A stretch of DNA of 64,000 nt from Candidatus Omnitrophota bacterium (GTDB taxonomy: Bacteria > Omnitrophota > Gorgyraeia > Zapsychrales > Zapsychraceae): NCBI GenBank assembly GCA_020429915.1, contig JAGQKV010000002.1, forward strand, positions 329,552-393,551, written 5' to 3'. This document shows positions 63,806 to 64,000 of the stretch, piece after piece (the first letter of the stretch is position 1; the number at the start of each line of letters is the position of its first letter). The translations under genes and the position numbers were made by a program. The notes under the pieces are model-generated. The model was not told the origin of the DNA, searched no databases, and was given only the letters and a program-made list of their open reading frames with translations.

Positions 63806-64000
63806 ATGGACGACGCTTTGAAAGCCAGAATAGAAGACGCCATCAAAAGCAAAAAGATTTATCTCTTCATGAAAGGAACACCCGAACAGCCGATGTGCGG
63901 TTTTTCAAGTCAGGCCGTCAACCTGTTGCTTCATTACAAGGCGGATTTCGGCTCAACCAATGTCTTGGCAGACGATGATATCCGTCAGGGCATCAAGGAA
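63806..64000 (+). CDS. grxD: Monothiol glutaredoxin Grx4/GrxD (CGFS), partial at window end
   Basis: AAGGAGA SD; KIYLFMKGTPEQPMCGFSSQAVNLL is diagnostic of CGFS-type Grx. Confidence 0.9.
   Translation, partial: MDDALKARIEDAIKSKKIYLFMKGTPEQPMCGFSSQAVNLLLHYKADFGSTNVLADDDIRQGIKE

Overview
This is a gene-dense, high-GC (~58-60%) bacterial chromosomal segment. I saw no rRNA, tRNA, CRISPR, transposase or integrase signatures. Genes run on the minus strand from the window start to ~53.7 kb and on the plus strand from there to the end.

Minus-strand gene order, left to right:
- a partial DHODH-like gene (1..204);
- pyruvate:ferredoxin oxidoreductase (PFOR);
- an HDAC-family (AcuC-like) deacetylase, and an acetyl-CoA hydrolase/transferase fused to a GNAT acetyltransferase;
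- hydrogenase maturation genes hypE-hypD-hypC-hypF, with no hydrogenase structural genes in the window;
- a secreted hypothetical, a zinc-ribbon membrane protein and a standalone CheY-like receiver;
- a 1529-aa protein built from three cohesin-like plus Ig-like modules, four further Ig-like repeats and a ~550-aa C-terminal domain. Its N-terminal signal peptide sits in frame upstream of the first ATG, with no canonical start codon;
- a complete type II secretion cluster in canonical order: gspE, F, G, H, I, J, K, L-like, M-like, C-like, D;
- pckA, a GH65 glycoside phosphorylase, an HTH_17+receiver regulator, two secreted hypotheticals and glycogen phosphorylase;
- a DUF3857/transglutaminase-like protein, a membrane protein, and a Cys-rich Spy/CpxP/ZraP-like periplasmic protein with its own promoter and terminator;
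- an SGNH hydrolase, two unknown proteins (one membrane, one with a single predicted helix), an M42 peptidase, a PKD-repeat protein, an orphan pilin, a DUF1223 protein, an acidic protein, MtaB, a DUF423 protein and a TrpD-like protein.

Plus-strand gene order:
- a small membrane protein and tRNA-dihydrouridine synthase;
- an FAD-dependent disulfide oxidoreductase and an ABC-2 transporter pair;
- minus-strand BolA and an HTTM-domain protein, convergent with these;
- a Na+/dicarboxylate-type symporter;
- a thiol-redox operon: GshA-like, gshB, glutaredoxin, BolA, monothiol Grx4.

Features worth a second look:
- a GNAT-CoA-transferase / HDAC pair sandwiched between hyp genes and PFOR;
- the T2SS with an adjacent giant candidate cargo whose signal peptide lacks an ATG;
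- two paralogous receiver genes behind identical TTGACA-N17-TATATT promoters;
- a CRP/FNR-like palindrome at the hyp promoter;
- an identical 17-nt AT-rich motif in two separate intergenic regions;
- an intrinsic-terminator hairpin abutting the Shine-Dalgarno sequence (SD) of the transglutaminase-like gene;
- homopolymeric G/C tracts.

Coordinates of motifs I located by counting from the line labels may be off by 1-2 nt, because one stretch near 50.04 kb did not reconcile exactly with the ORF track.
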